A DNA stretch of 64,000 bases from Methylotenera sp. (GCA_021732405.1 JAKFVB010000022.1:552-64551); one strand, 5' to 3'; positions 1 through 10,092 are shown, numbered from the stretch's first letter. Program-made: numbers and translations. The notes: a model not told the origin generated them from the letters alone.

Positions 1-288
1 CTCAATTTTATGCGCGGCCGTACTTTTTTACATAAGTTCTTAATTATTGACGAAGCGCAAAACTTAACGCCCAAACAAATGAAAACACTGATTACCCGCG
101 CTGGGCCAGGCACTAAAGTGGTCTGTTTAGGCAATATTGCCCAAATCGACACGCCTTACTTAACAGAGGGCAGTTCTGGCTTAACTTATGTAGTTGATCG
201 CTTTAAAGGTTGGGAACACAACGGCCATATTACATTGGTGCGTGGCGAACGCTCACGCTTGGCGGATTTCGCCGCTGAGGCCCTGTAA
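1..288 (+). CDS. PhoH-family ATPase, C-terminal part (5'-truncated by window)
   Basis: MRGRTF, Walker B-like LIIDEAQN and LGNIAQID motifs of the PhoH family; frame is open back to base 1. Confidence 0.9.
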   Translation, partial: LNFMRGRTFLHKFLIIDEAQNLTPKQMKTLITRAGPGTKVVCLGNIAQIDTPYLTEGSSGLTYVVDRFKGWEHNGHITLVRGERSRLADFAAEAL

Positions 289-321
289 TTGCAAATATGA
301 GTGCGTTTGAGCCATTAAGTA

Positions 322-1488
322 ATGTCTAAAGGGTTTTACACGCTTTTAGTTGCGCAGTTTTTATCTGCACTTGCTGATAACGCTTTGCTGTTTGCGGCCA
401 TTGCTTTACTGCAGCAGATGCACGCCCCAGAATGGCATGAACCGCTGTTATTACAATTTTTTGTTATCTCCTACATTGTACTTGCACCATTCGTCGGCTC
501 ATTTGCCGATGCATTACCAAAAGGTCGCGTCATGTTTTTGGCGAATGGCATTAAATTCTTTGGTAGTCTAGCCATGATACTAGGCATGCCGCCACTGTAT
601 GCTTATGGCATTGTAGGTATTGGCGCAGCGGCCTATTCACCTGCTAAATATGGTATTTTAACCGAGCTACTTCCCTCTGATAAGTTGGTCAGCGCAAACG
701 GTTGGATGGAAGGCTCAACCGTCATTGCCATTATCTTGGGTGCGATTATTGGCGGCAAAATGGCCAGCATCACCCCGCAAGGCGCAATGATAGCCATCGC
801 ATTTATGTATTTGGTGGCTGCCGCTTTTAATATGTTTATTCCAAAATTGCCTATTGACCACGCTATTGCTAAAAAAGACCCTTTATATATTCTGAGTGAT
901 TTTTATCGATCATTTGTCGCACTTTGGCGTGACCCACAAGGCCAAGTTTCACTTTCAGTCACCACTTTGTTTTGGGGCGCAGGTGCCACTTTAAGATTAG
1001 TTGTCATTGCTTGGGCAGGCATTATGCTGGGCTTTGGGTTGGATCAGGCAACGCAATTAACTGCCACCGTTGCTATAGGTGTAGCTTTAGGCTCTATTAT
1101 TGCAGCAAGATTTATCACGCTTCAAAATTCCGTTAAGGTATTACCAGCAGGTATCTTCATGGGCATTTTGGTCATTGCAGTGGCTTTTGTGACAGAGTGG
1201 CATATTGCTGCATTTGTATTATTTAGCATCGGTATTTTAAGCGGATTTTTTGTTGTGCCCCTAAATGCGCTCTTACAGCACCGTGGGCATTTGCTGATTG
1301 GCGCGGGTCACTCGATTGCAGTACAAAACTTTAATGAAAACTTAGGTATTTTAATTTTAAGCGGCGCCTACACATTAATGGTCAAAGCAAATATAGATAT
1401 CAATCATATTGTGGTTATTTTTGGCGTATTTGTCATTATTTCAATGAGCTTAATCAATAGGCTGTATCGCCAACAGATACAAGCTTAA
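322..1488 (+). CDS. lplT: Lysophospholipid transporter (MFS)
   Basis: AQFLSALADNALLF, AYSPAKYGILTE and GHSIAVQNFNEN are LplT signatures; multi-TM protein. Confidence 0.9.
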   Translation: MSKGFYTLLVAQFLSALADNALLFAAIALLQQMHAPEWHEPLLLQFFVISYIVLAPFVGSFADALPKGRVMFLANGIKFFGSLAMILGMPPLYAYGIVGIGAAAYSPAKYGILTELLPSDKLVSANGWMEGSTVIAIILGAIIGGKMASITPQGAMIAIAFMYLVAAAFNMFIPKLPIDHAIAKKDPLYILSDFYRSFVALWRDPQGQVSLSVTTLFWGAGATLRLVVIAWAGIMLGFGLDQATQLTATVAIGVALGSIIAARFITLQNSVKVLPAGIFMGILVIAVAFVTEWHIAAFVLFSIGILSGFFVVPLNALLQHRGHLLIGAGHSIAVQNFNENLGILILSGAYTLMVKANIDINHIVVIFGVFVIISMSLINRLYRQQIQA

Positions 1489-1502
1489 ACTTGTTACTCA
1501 TC

Positions 1503-1540
1503 AAGCAAAAAGCCTCGGTATCAATCGAGGCTTTTTGCTT
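1503..1540. terminator. Bidirectional intrinsic terminator
   Basis: aagcaaaaagcctcg-gtatcaat-cgaggctttttgctt hairpin with A/T tails, between convergent lplT and ndh. Confidence 0.85.
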
Positions 1541-1570
1541 AATACATCCATTATTAATGCATTTTAGATG

Positions 1571-2893
1571 TTAATGCAATTTCACTTGCGCTTCTGTTCT
1601 GCGGGTGATGATACGAGCTAAAGTTTGTAGTATGACTTCAAACACACCATGCAATGTCATTAAGTGCATTTTATATAGCGATTGATACATCATTCTTGCA
1701 AACAAACCCTCAATGTACATGCTGCCACCAGAAAGCGTGCCCATTAAGCTACCTACCGTAGAATAGCGCCCCAAATTAACCAAAGAACCATAATCGGTGT
1801 AATGATATTCTGGTAAGTTGGTTTTATTAGCCACGCGTTTTTTCATGGTTTTGAATAGTAATGATGCTTGCTGATGTGCAGCCTGCGCGCGAGGTGGAAC
1901 ATTGCCGTCATGCCCCAGCCATGGGCATGCAGCACAATCACCAAATGCAAAAACACTTTCATCAAGGGTTGTTTGCAGTGTCTGTTTCACCAATAATTGG
2001 TTAATACGATTGGTTTCTAATCCATCTAATTCTTTTAAAAAATCTGGCGCTTTAATACCCGCCGCCCATACCACTAATGCAGATGGAATAAATCGACCGC
2101 TATGTGTGTAAACGCCTTTATCAGCCACTTCCGTTACACGCTCACCTGTATAAATATGCACACGTAATTTACGCAACTCTAAATCAACCGCTTGTGATAA
2201 TTTAGGTGGTAGCGCAGGCAATACGCGCTCACTGGCCTCAATAATCGAAATTTTAATATCACGGTCAGCATCAATTTTATCTAAGCCGTAAGCCGCTAGC
2301 TCGCGTGTTGTATTGTGCAACTCTGCAGCAAGCTCTACGCCCGTTGCACCTGCTCCCACAATCACCACTTCTAACTGACCCGCCTTAACTGGTGCTACCT
2401 GCGTTTGCGCTCGCACTAATGCATTGTGTAATCTGCGATGAAATTTCTCTGCTTGGTCTTGCGTATCCAGCGCGATGGAATATTCACGCGCACCTTTGAT
2501 ACCGAAATCATTGGTCGTGCTGCCAATTGCAATTACCAAGCTATCATACTGAAAGGTTCTGCGCGGAATTACCTCTATGCCATCTTCATCAAAATAAGGC
2601 GCAATGGTGACTTCTTTTTTAGATCTGTCTAAGCCATCCATACGGCCCAGTCTAAAATTGAAATGGTGCCAATGTGCTTGCGCCAAATACTCCAATTCGT
2701 GCTTGTCAGGATTCATGCTGCCTGCAGCAATTTCATGTAACAAAGGCTTCCACACATGTGTTCTTGTGCTATCAATCAGTGTAATAACTGCCTGCTTTTT
2801 TTTACCTAGTGAGTCGCCAAGGCGAGTCGCTAGTTCTAACCCGCCAGCACCACCGCCGACAATAACAATATGATGTAATGTTTGTTTATTCAT
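1571..2893 (-). CDS. ndh: Type II NADH:quinone oxidoreductase
   Basis: Two Rossmann motifs (IVGGGAGG, IVGAGATGVELAAEL), plus WAAG, FGDCA and PPRAQAAHQQA. Confidence 0.92.
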   Translation of the reverse strand: MNKQTLHHIVIVGGGAGGLELATRLGDSLGKKKQAVITLIDSTRTHVWKPLLHEIAAGSMNPDKHELEYLAQAHWHHFNFRLGRMDGLDRSKKEVTIAPYFDEDGIEVIPRRTFQYDSLVIAIGSTTNDFGIKGAREYSIALDTQDQAEKFHRRLHNALVRAQTQVAPVKAGQLEVVIVGAGATGVELAAELHNTTRELAAYGLDKIDADRDIKISIIEASERVLPALPPKLSQAVDLELRKLRVHIYTGERVTEVADKGVYTHSGRFIPSALVVWAAGIKAPDFLKELDGLETNRINQLLVKQTLQTTLDESVFAFGDCAACPWLGHDGNVPPRAQAAHQQASLLFKTMKKRVANKTNLPEYHYTDYGSLVNLGRYSTVGSLMGTLSGGSMYIEGLFARMMYQSLYKMHLMTLHGVFEVILQTLARIITRRTEAQVKLH

Positions 2894-2952
2894 TTTAATG
2901 ATTTATATAGTTAATATTTTTTATTGATGATAGTTGTATATTGTTAAATAAG

Positions 2953-2984
2953 AAATGGCTACCGTAGCTATACAGTAGCCATTT
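2953..2984 (-). terminator. Hairpin/terminator after second xoxG copy
   Basis: aaatggctaccgta-gcta-tacagtagccattt; near-identical to 3628-3659. Confidence 0.7.
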
Positions 2985-3013
2985 GATGATATTAAACGGT
3001 AATACTTAACGCT

Positions 3014-3598
3014 TTATTGAAGCCAAGTTTTTTCGCCATCACCTTTGTACTCCGTACGAATATAAGCGATTGCTCTTAAAATCTCGTCATTGGTTAAACC
3101 ATCACCAACATGACCTACTAAATTTCTGTTCCAAATTGCCATAACCCCACCAGATAGGCCTGGCGTACCAGCTGAAATTGTTTCAAACATGCCTTTATCA
3201 GTTGCGTTTTTAGCATAAACCCATTTAGTATCAAATGCGCCTTGCCCACCCGCTTTGGTCAATGCTGGGGCCATAATACCCTCAAGCTTGCCGCCATGGC
3301 AGCCACTACATCCATTTAAAGTAAACACTTTTCTACCTGTTTTTGCAGCTTCTGCATCAGTAGCGAATTTTTTGGTGTAGGGATTAATACAAGTGCTTAA
3401 GAACTCTTTAGCCTCTGGTGTATCTGCATCGCTTACTTTAATTGCTAAAGGCTTATTATCTACAGTAGACACTAATTCACAACTAGCAGATGATATTGGC
3501 TTTCCAGCGTCTGAAGTTGAAACGTTGTCTGATTTTTCACAGCCAGCAAGTGCTGATAACAACACAACTAATACCAAACTAAACTTAAATTGCTTCAT
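3014..3598 (-). CDS. XoxG-like cytochrome c paralog, predicted lipoprotein
   Basis: Heme motif CSGCH; shares DTPxAKEFLSTCINPYTK and TDKGMFETI with 3690-4205; lipobox LAG-C; ATG at 3598 with GGGGA RBS preferred over the ORF-track start. Confidence 0.8.
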   Translation of the reverse strand: MKQFKFSLVLVVLLSALAGCEKSDNVSTSDAGKPISSASCELVSTVDNKPLAIKVSDADTPEAKEFLSTCINPYTKKFATDAEAAKTGRKVFTLNGCSGCHGGKLEGIMAPALTKAGGQGAFDTKWVYAKNATDKGMFETISAGTPGLSGGVMAIWNRNLVGHVGDGLTNDEILRAIAYIRTEYKGDGEKTWLQ

Positions 3599-3627
3599 TC
3601 TAATCCCCAACGTCTATCATAAAATAA

Positions 3628-3659
3628 AAATGGCTACTGTAATTATACAGCAGCCATTT
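3628..3659 (-). terminator. Hairpin/terminator after xoxG
   Basis: aaatggctactgta-atta-tacagcagccattt, followed by a T-run on the minus strand. Confidence 0.75.
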
Positions 3660-3689
3660 CAAACTGTTACTAACTTTTAAGTTGAAATC

Positions 3690-4205
3690 TTATTTCAACC
3701 AAGGCATATCACCGCCACCTTTATATTGCGTACGTAACCAGCCAACCACTTTCAAAATATCATCAGTTGATAGATTTTCTGGGTTACCTAGTTGTTGGTG
3801 CCATGCAAACATACCACCATTTGAACCGTTTGCAATCGTTTCAAACATACCCTTATCTGTTACATGTTTTGAATACTGCCAAGTACTATCCGTAATAGCT
3901 GGGCCTACTTGACCACCACCATTTGGGCCATGACATTGTGTGCATGAGTAATAACCAAATTTCTTTTTACCTGCTTTTGCAGCTTCTGGATCTTTAGCAT
4001 AAGCCTTTGTGTATGGGTTGATGCATGTAGATAAAAACTCTTTCGCTTGTGGCGTATCAGTTTCAGTTGCTTTAATTACAAATGGACTGCCGTCCTTGGT
4101 CGATAAAAAATTACAAGCAGCACTTGCTTGAGTTGATAGTGTAAGACCTGCCAACGTCAACATACCAACAAATAAAGTTGACTTTAATGCTTTATTGCCT
4201 AACAT
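3690..4205 (-). CDS. xoxG: Cytochrome cL-type electron acceptor of XoxF
   Basis: Sec signal, CTQCH heme motif, GQVGPAITD; lies downstream of xoxFJ. Confidence 0.85.
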   Translation of the reverse strand: MLGNKALKSTLFVGMLTLAGLTLSTQASAACNFLSTKDGSPFVIKATETDTPQAKEFLSTCINPYTKAYAKDPEAAKAGKKKFGYYSCTQCHGPNGGGQVGPAITDSTWQYSKHVTDKGMFETIANGSNGGMFAWHQQLGNPENLSTDDILKVVGWLRTQYKGGGDMPWLK

Positions 4206-4406
4206 GTTTTCTCCTAATTTTTACAATATGAGCAACGTCTTACTTGCATGCTTTGTACTTCTTAAGCGCAGTTTAGAGCGTATGACCATTTAACGAATAT
4301 AATTTCTAGTTGGTTGACATAACTGTTATATACATTTTGCCATCAAACGAACCCATGATTTTACTTGGTTTTGCAAATTATGTCACCCAAATGACGACTG
4401 TTTTAA

Positions 4407-5294
4407 CTATTTTTTAAACACCGTGTCACCCTCAACAACTGGTACTGTTGGAATACCGTAATCAGCTAGGATTTGTGTGATTTTTTCTTGATTTCTCGCG
4501 ATAGCCTCATTCACTACTTTAACGCGCTCTTTATCTTTTACTCGTACGCCCATTGAAATGTTCCAGTATTCTTTACCCTGCAAACTCACTTTATTATATT
4601 CTGGAACAAAAGCCATTTCCATTGGTACCTTAGATTGTTTCATGTAGTAACCAGCTATCGGTCCCCACATAACAGCAACATCAATTTCACCTTTAGCCAA
4701 GTCATCAATCAAAAAACTTGTAGGTAAATTTAAATCGCGTTGTAAGCGATATGGCCTAGCATTTGCCATTAAATTATTATCGTTAAGTGGCACAGTGGCA
4801 GGGCTTTTATCAACGATACCAATAATACCTTTACGAAGATCTGGTGAGCTCCAGTCTGTAATTTTAAAGTTACTATCTTTACGCCAAACAAACACATGGC
4901 CTGAGCGATAATAAGGTGTAGAAGTTCTTAATCCGTCAAAGTCAGATGTTGTACCGATAATGACATCACAGCGCCCTGCGTTAATCGTATTCCTTAAAAA
5001 ACCTTGACGGTTGTAGGCATACGCATAAGTTAATTTCTTGCCTAAATCTTTCGCCAACACTTCAGCAATTTTATCCTCAAAACCCTCACCTCTGATATTT
5101 GAATATGGCATATTATCTGGGTCTGAACATACTTTAAACTCAGTCCCATCATCTACTCGGCGAACCTCTCCTGGTCGACCCTCATCAGCACTTAATGACG
5201 GAACATCACTATCTTTAATTGGCTCCTCAGCCGCCACTGCATAACCAGACACTAGCGCTAAACATAAAGCTAGCCCTTTTAATTGTTTTAACAT
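4407..5294 (-). CDS. xoxJ: MxaJ/XoxJ periplasmic binding-protein-like MDH accessory
   Basis: VCSDPDNMPYSN, GFEDKIAE, PYYRSGHVFV, WGPIAGY; adjacent to xoxF. Confidence 0.88.
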   Translation of the reverse strand: MLKQLKGLALCLALVSGYAVAAEEPIKDSDVPSLSADEGRPGEVRRVDDGTEFKVCSDPDNMPYSNIRGEGFEDKIAEVLAKDLGKKLTYAYAYNRQGFLRNTINAGRCDVIIGTTSDFDGLRTSTPYYRSGHVFVWRKDSNFKITDWSSPDLRKGIIGIVDKSPATVPLNDNNLMANARPYRLQRDLNLPTSFLIDDLAKGEIDVAVMWGPIAGYYMKQSKVPMEMAFVPEYNKVSLQGKEYWNISMGVRVKDKERVKVVNEAIARNQEKITQILADYGIPTVPVVEGDTVFKK

Positions 5295-5488
5295 TATTGG
5301 TTCCTTATTAAATTGCGATTAAATATCGCACAGTTACATAGAGTACTACTAAAAATAAAAAGTTCTTCGGATAAAGATTTCTTAATCCACCATTGTAACT
5401 AATTTTTTATTTTTAGTAATACTAATCTGTATATATCCAGCTTTTACGGCATACAACACTTTATTTTTTCTATTGCAAACAAGTACTT

Positions 5489-5522
5489 AAAAAAAAACAC
5501 CCCACATTTCTGTGAGGTGTTT
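5489..5522 (-). terminator. Intrinsic terminator after xoxF
   Basis: aaacaccccaca-tttc-tgtgaggtgttt stem with a 9-nt U tract on the minus strand. Confidence 0.8.
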
Positions 5523-5569
5523 CGTTGGTTGAATTAACCAGTAACTAACTACAATTTAAACAATCTAAA

Positions 5570-7447
5570 TTATAGCGAGAATACTGTTAATGCACCGCCG
5601 CCAGGAGCAGCATTGTATTTTGTTAACTCTTTGTAACCACCAGCAGCACCAAGTGCATCTGTGTCGTTAGTTAAACCAAGGTTCATCGCAACGCCAGCCC
5701 AACCACCGATACCTGAAAGCGTACCAACGTATTGTTTACCTTTGTTACCGTATGTGAATGCATTACCAATCACGCCAGAACCAACTTGGAATTTCCAAAG
5801 TTCTTTACCTGATTGTGCATCAACTGCTTTGAACCAACGGTCTAATGAACCGTAGAACACAATGTTTGAAGCAGTAGTTAAAGCACCACCCCAAGCAGAG
5901 AATTTCTCTTTGTTATACCAAACTTTTTTGTTAGTCATTGGATCATAAGCGCCGAAGCCACCCATTACACCGTCAGGACCAGCAAACATAGTCAAAGTAG
6001 CACCAACCCAAGGTTGACCAGCAACATATTTAGACTCAACTGGCTCGTATGTCATACATACGTGGTTCAATGGAGTGTAAATTAAACCAGTTTTTGGTGA
6101 GTAAGCAGCTGGTTGTTGATCTTTAGTACCCAATGCAGCTGGGCAGATGCCTTTTGCATTGTAGTCTTGGTGAGTTGAGTATTTACCATCTTTTTGTGGC
6201 ACGCCTGTTTTTAAATCAACACTTGATGCCCAGTTAACGAATGGATGTACTTTTTCAGCAGCAACTAATGTACCGTTACCAGCTTGCCATGTGTAAGCAA
6301 AACCGTTACGGTCATGGTGCCAAGCGTATGTTTTACCACCTTTGTCGAACAAGATTACTTCGTTAATACCGTCGTAGTCCCACTCATCGTGTGGCGTCAT
6401 TTGCATGCCCCATTTAGCAATACCAGTATCTAAATCACGTGCAAATACTGTCATTGACCATTTGTTGTCGCCTGGACGTACATCTGGGTTCCATACAGAA
6501 GGGTTACCTGTTCCGTAGTAAACTAAATTTGTACGTGCATCATACGGCCACCAGCCCCATACAGAGCCACCACCATGTTGCCAACCATCTTTAACGGCTT
6601 GTGGTTTTAACCATGTACGTGTGCCTAATTCTTTTTCGCCAATTTTAATTTGGTCGTTTGGCAATGCTTTGAAAGAACCGCCTTGTTTGTTACCACCGTT
6701 TACATCAGCATAAACTGATAAAGCGCTGTAAGCTGGGTTTGCAGAGTTGAAATCTGAACCGATTAACATTTCAGCATCTGGGCCTGTTGAGTAAGCTTTC
6801 CATGCCAATGAACCGTCTTTGATGTTGTACGCAGCGATAAAGCAACGAACACCAAACTCAGCACCTGAACAACCTGTTAATACTTTGTCTTTGATTACGT
6901 GTGGAGCGTTTGTGTTTGTAGCGCCAACTTTTGGATCATTTACCAATGTTGACCAAACTTTAGCACCAGTTTTAGCATCTAAAGCAACCATGTTGCCATC
7001 GTTTTGTTGTAGATAGATTTTACCGTCGCCGTAGCCTAAACCACGTGAAACGTTATCGCAACATAATACAGCTTGTACTGATGGGTCTTGTTTTGGGAAA
7101 TATGACCAAACGATTTTTTGATTGTCGTTTAAATCTAAAGCGTAGATATTGTTCGGGAATGCTGTGTGAACATACATCATGTTACCAACAACAACTGGTG
7201 AACCTTCGTGACCACGGTTTACACCAGTAGCGAATGTCCATGCAGCTTTAAGGTTTTTAACGTTACCTTTGTTGATTTGTGACAATGAGCTGTAAGCTTG
7301 GTTTGTGTGGTTACCACGTGGGTGAGCCCAGTTATTTGCATTTGCGATTGCTGCTTCTTGGTCTGCAGCAGCTGATGCCATCATTGGCATTGCCAATGTA
7401 GCGCCTGCAACTAAGCCTAAAGCTAGCTTGATTGTATTGAATTTCAT
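5570..7447 (-). CDS. xoxF: Lanthanide-dependent PQQ methanol dehydrogenase (XoxF4-like)
   Basis: Vicinal CC (VLCCDNVSRG), YYGTGNP, TPHDEWDYDG carrying the extra Ln-binding Asp (D-Y-D); ATG 7447 with GGAG RBS; codon usage appears typical of high expression. Confidence 0.95.
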   Translation of the reverse strand: MKFNTIKLALGLVAGATLAMPMMASAAADQEAAIANANNWAHPRGNHTNQAYSSLSQINKGNVKNLKAAWTFATGVNRGHEGSPVVVGNMMYVHTAFPNNIYALDLNDNQKIVWSYFPKQDPSVQAVLCCDNVSRGLGYGDGKIYLQQNDGNMVALDAKTGAKVWSTLVNDPKVGATNTNAPHVIKDKVLTGCSGAEFGVRCFIAAYNIKDGSLAWKAYSTGPDAEMLIGSDFNSANPAYSALSVYADVNGGNKQGGSFKALPNDQIKIGEKELGTRTWLKPQAVKDGWQHGGGSVWGWWPYDARTNLVYYGTGNPSVWNPDVRPGDNKWSMTVFARDLDTGIAKWGMQMTPHDEWDYDGINEVILFDKGGKTYAWHHDRNGFAYTWQAGNGTLVAAEKVHPFVNWASSVDLKTGVPQKDGKYSTHQDYNAKGICPAALGTKDQQPAAYSPKTGLIYTPLNHVCMTYEPVESKYVAGQPWVGATLTMFAGPDGVMGGFGAYDPMTNKKVWYNKEKFSAWGGALTTASNIVFYGSLDRWFKAVDAQSGKELWKFQVGSGVIGNAFTYGNKGKQYVGTLSGIGGWAGVAMNLGLTNDTDALGAAGGYKELTKYNAAPGGGALTVFSL

Positions 7448-7733
7448 CTTTATCTCCAAAGTGATATTACTAAGGGTTAATTAAAAGTAAACTCTAAGCT
7501 TATTATTTATACACAGTTATTTTAAAAACTTTGTGTAATGAATACTAAAATTAAAGCTTAATTTTCTCCACATTTTCATGTGAGAGATGCAATATAAAAC
7601 AAGTAAATTTTAATTGCAACACTTTAGTTACAATTTATTAACAAATGTTCAAAATATTTTAAATAAATTAAGTATATTTTCTGTATATTTATAAAATATT
7701 CAATAAAATCAAATAGAAAGAATGGTTTAAAGA

Positions 7734-8723
7734 ATGGCTGAAGCACTTTACAATTTGTATCCTGAATTAGAACCTTTTAACAAAAACTGGCTTACTGTCG
7801 ATAGCACCCACCAAATGTATGTTGAGGAGTGTGGCAATCCAGACGGTATTCCCGTGATATTTTTGCATGGCGGGCCTGGCAGTGGGTGCAACCCGACGCA
7901 ACGCCGTTTTTTTGACCCAAATCATTACCGAATTGTGTTGTTTGATCAGCGTGGTTGTGGCCGCAGCAAACCGCAAGGAGAAGTTAAAGCAAATACAACG
8001 GATGATTTAATTAGTGATATTGAAGCAATTAGATTGCATTTAAATATCAACAAGTGGCACGTATTTGGTGGCTCTTGGGGCAGCACGCTGGCCATTGCTT
8101 ATGCAGTTAAGCATACTGCCCAGATTATCTCGCTAACATTGCGCGGTATTTTTTTAAGTCGCCCTGCAGAATTACAATGGTTTTTGGGTGATGTACAGCA
8201 TTTTTTTCCAGAAGTTTGGCATAAGCTTGTTCAATATTTACCACTCAACAAACAAAACGATGTACTTAACGCATATTCAGAGCTGATTTTTAATGATGAT
8301 TTAGCCATCAGCGGCGAGGCTGCCGTGCAGTGGAATGCGTTTGAAAATGCAATTATGCGGCTTAAACCAGCTCCTGAAAGCGCAGAGCCTACCCAAGTTA
8401 ATGCCAAAACACCTGCAGATACTCAACATGAACGCTTAACTGAAGTAGCCCGTGCGCGCGTTCAGATACATTATATAAAGCATCAATGTTTTGTAGATGG
8501 TGAAGCGTTATTAAAGCAAGCGAGTTTGCTTGCAAATATCCCAACGGTTATTGTGCAAGGGCGTTATGATATGGTATGCCCACCGCAAACAGCTTGGGCA
8601 CTGCATCAAATGATGCCGCATGCACAATTCACCATGGTGGCTGATGCGGGACATTCTGCGATGGAACCTAGTGTAACAAGTGCATTAATCGCCGCAACTG
8701 AAGCATTTAAAACGCTGACTTAA
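7734..8723 (+). CDS. pip: Proline iminopeptidase
   Basis: FLHGGPGSG, FDQRGCGRS, GGSWGS nucleophile, QGRYDMVCP, AGHS. Confidence 0.93.
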   Translation: MAEALYNLYPELEPFNKNWLTVDSTHQMYVEECGNPDGIPVIFLHGGPGSGCNPTQRRFFDPNHYRIVLFDQRGCGRSKPQGEVKANTTDDLISDIEAIRLHLNINKWHVFGGSWGSTLAIAYAVKHTAQIISLTLRGIFLSRPAELQWFLGDVQHFFPEVWHKLVQYLPLNKQNDVLNAYSELIFNDDLAISGEAAVQWNAFENAIMRLKPAPESAEPTQVNAKTPADTQHERLTEVARARVQIHYIKHQCFVDGEALLKQASLLANIPTVIVQGRYDMVCPPQTAWALHQMMPHAQFTMVADAGHSAMEPSVTSALIAATEAFKTLT

Positions 8724-8741
8724 CTAAATAAAGAGTGCAAT

Positions 8742-10067
8742 TTGGCAAAACCTTTACCGCAAGAAACGCCACCCGTAACAAAAAGTGCTGCTGATGGCAA
8801 ATTATCCGCTATGCAAAACCTTGCACAGCATCCTGCCTTTTCAAAACCATTGGCGGCTTATGCGCATCATGAGTATGCAACGCCTTTGTTTGTATTGCGT
8901 GAAACTTTGGGTGGGTTTGCGCGACACAATATATTAAGCTTGTCTGCATCATTATCGTTTTATGCACTGTTTGCCTTAATACCTTTAATTTTACTGATTT
9001 TTTTCTTGTTAAGTCATTTGGTTTTCTCGTCCGATTTCGCCATTGTAAAACTGGCGATTCTAACGGGCAATTTAGTGCCAGAATTCAGCAATAAAATCAT
9101 GACCGAAGTTTACAGCGCCACACAAACCAAAGCTGCTTGGGGCGCGCTGGGGGTGTTTGTATTGCTATGGACGATTACGCCGCTTGCGGCCAATATGCGT
9201 TCAGCTTTTTATACGATTGCTTCAATGGTAGAGGCGCCGTCTTATTTTAAGCGCAAGATGAAAGACGTTTTATCGGTGCTGGGCATTTTACTGTTATTTT
9301 TCTTATTTACTTCTGCGGGGTTTGTCATTGAACAAGTCATCCGGTTTTTAGCGAATCATCTGCCGATTTTAGAAATCAATTTAGTTGGCTCAATCAGCAC
9401 CTTGTTATTAACCACTTTATTGATTGCAATATTTTATAAAGTATTTTTCCCCATGCGAGTTGCATTTAAACACTTGTGTTTGGGTGCCAGCTTAACGGCA
9501 TTATTGTGGTTATTAATGCGACCAGCATTTGGCTTATTTTTATCACTTAACGAAAACTACGGCGCTATTTTTGGCAGCATGAAAGCCATGTTTGTATCGA
9601 TTACTTGGCTTTACTTAAATTTTGCCGTATTTTTGCTGGGCTCTGAACTGATTGCAACGCTGCGCAAAAAAGATGTATTGCTGCTAAAAGGTTTATTTAA
9701 CGGCGCCCCCAATAAAGCCAATTATATTGATACGCTAATGAATCGTTATGGCCTGACTTTAAAAAAAGAGGATGCGATCTTTGAGCGCGGCAATACAGAG
9801 CGCAACTTATATTATGTAGTAGAAGGCAGCATTCAATTGATACAAAATGGCGCTGTCATACGCGAATTAAACGCAGGTGATTATTTTGGCGAAATGGCGA
9901 TGCTAAGCGAAAAACCAGCGATTGCGGATGCGATTGTTTCATCAGAGCAAGCGCGCGTCATTGTGATCGATGCAGCGAACATTGACGCCATGCTGTCTGA
10001 TGAACCCAGAGTCGCCATGCAATTATTAAAACGCATGGCGGCTCGATTACAACAAAGTTTTAGTTAA
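8742..10067 (+). CDS. YihY/BrkB-family membrane protein fused to a cyclic-nucleotide-binding domain
   Basis: SASLSFYALFALIP and YGAIFGS...WLYL (YihY); C-terminal LYYVVEG...GDYFGEMAML (cNMP). Start codon uncertain. Confidence 0.8.
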   Translation: MAKPLPQETPPVTKSAADGKLSAMQNLAQHPAFSKPLAAYAHHEYATPLFVLRETLGGFARHNILSLSASLSFYALFALIPLILLIFFLLSHLVFSSDFAIVKLAILTGNLVPEFSNKIMTEVYSATQTKAAWGALGVFVLLWTITPLAANMRSAFYTIASMVEAPSYFKRKMKDVLSVLGILLLFFLFTSAGFVIEQVIRFLANHLPILEINLVGSISTLLLTTLLIAIFYKVFFPMRVAFKHLCLGASLTALLWLLMRPAFGLFLSLNENYGAIFGSMKAMFVSITWLYLNFAVFLLGSELIATLRKKDVLLLKGLFNGAPNKANYIDTLMNRYGLTLKKEDAIFERGNTERNLYYVVEGSIQLIQNGAVIRELNAGDYFGEMAMLSEKPAIADAIVSSEQARVIVIDAANIDAMLSDEPRVAMQLLKRMAARLQQSFS

Positions 10068-10092
10068 TATTAACTAGTTAACATTAATAAGC

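Noticed and set aside
1-288. PhoH-family gene as support for a Pho regulon
   Set aside because: Only the C-terminus is visible, its promoter is outside the window, and many PhoH-family genes are not Pi-regulated.
10061-10090. Overlapping AT-only palindromes (tagttaatattaacta)
   Set aside because: Short, low-complexity and expected by chance in AT-rich spacers.
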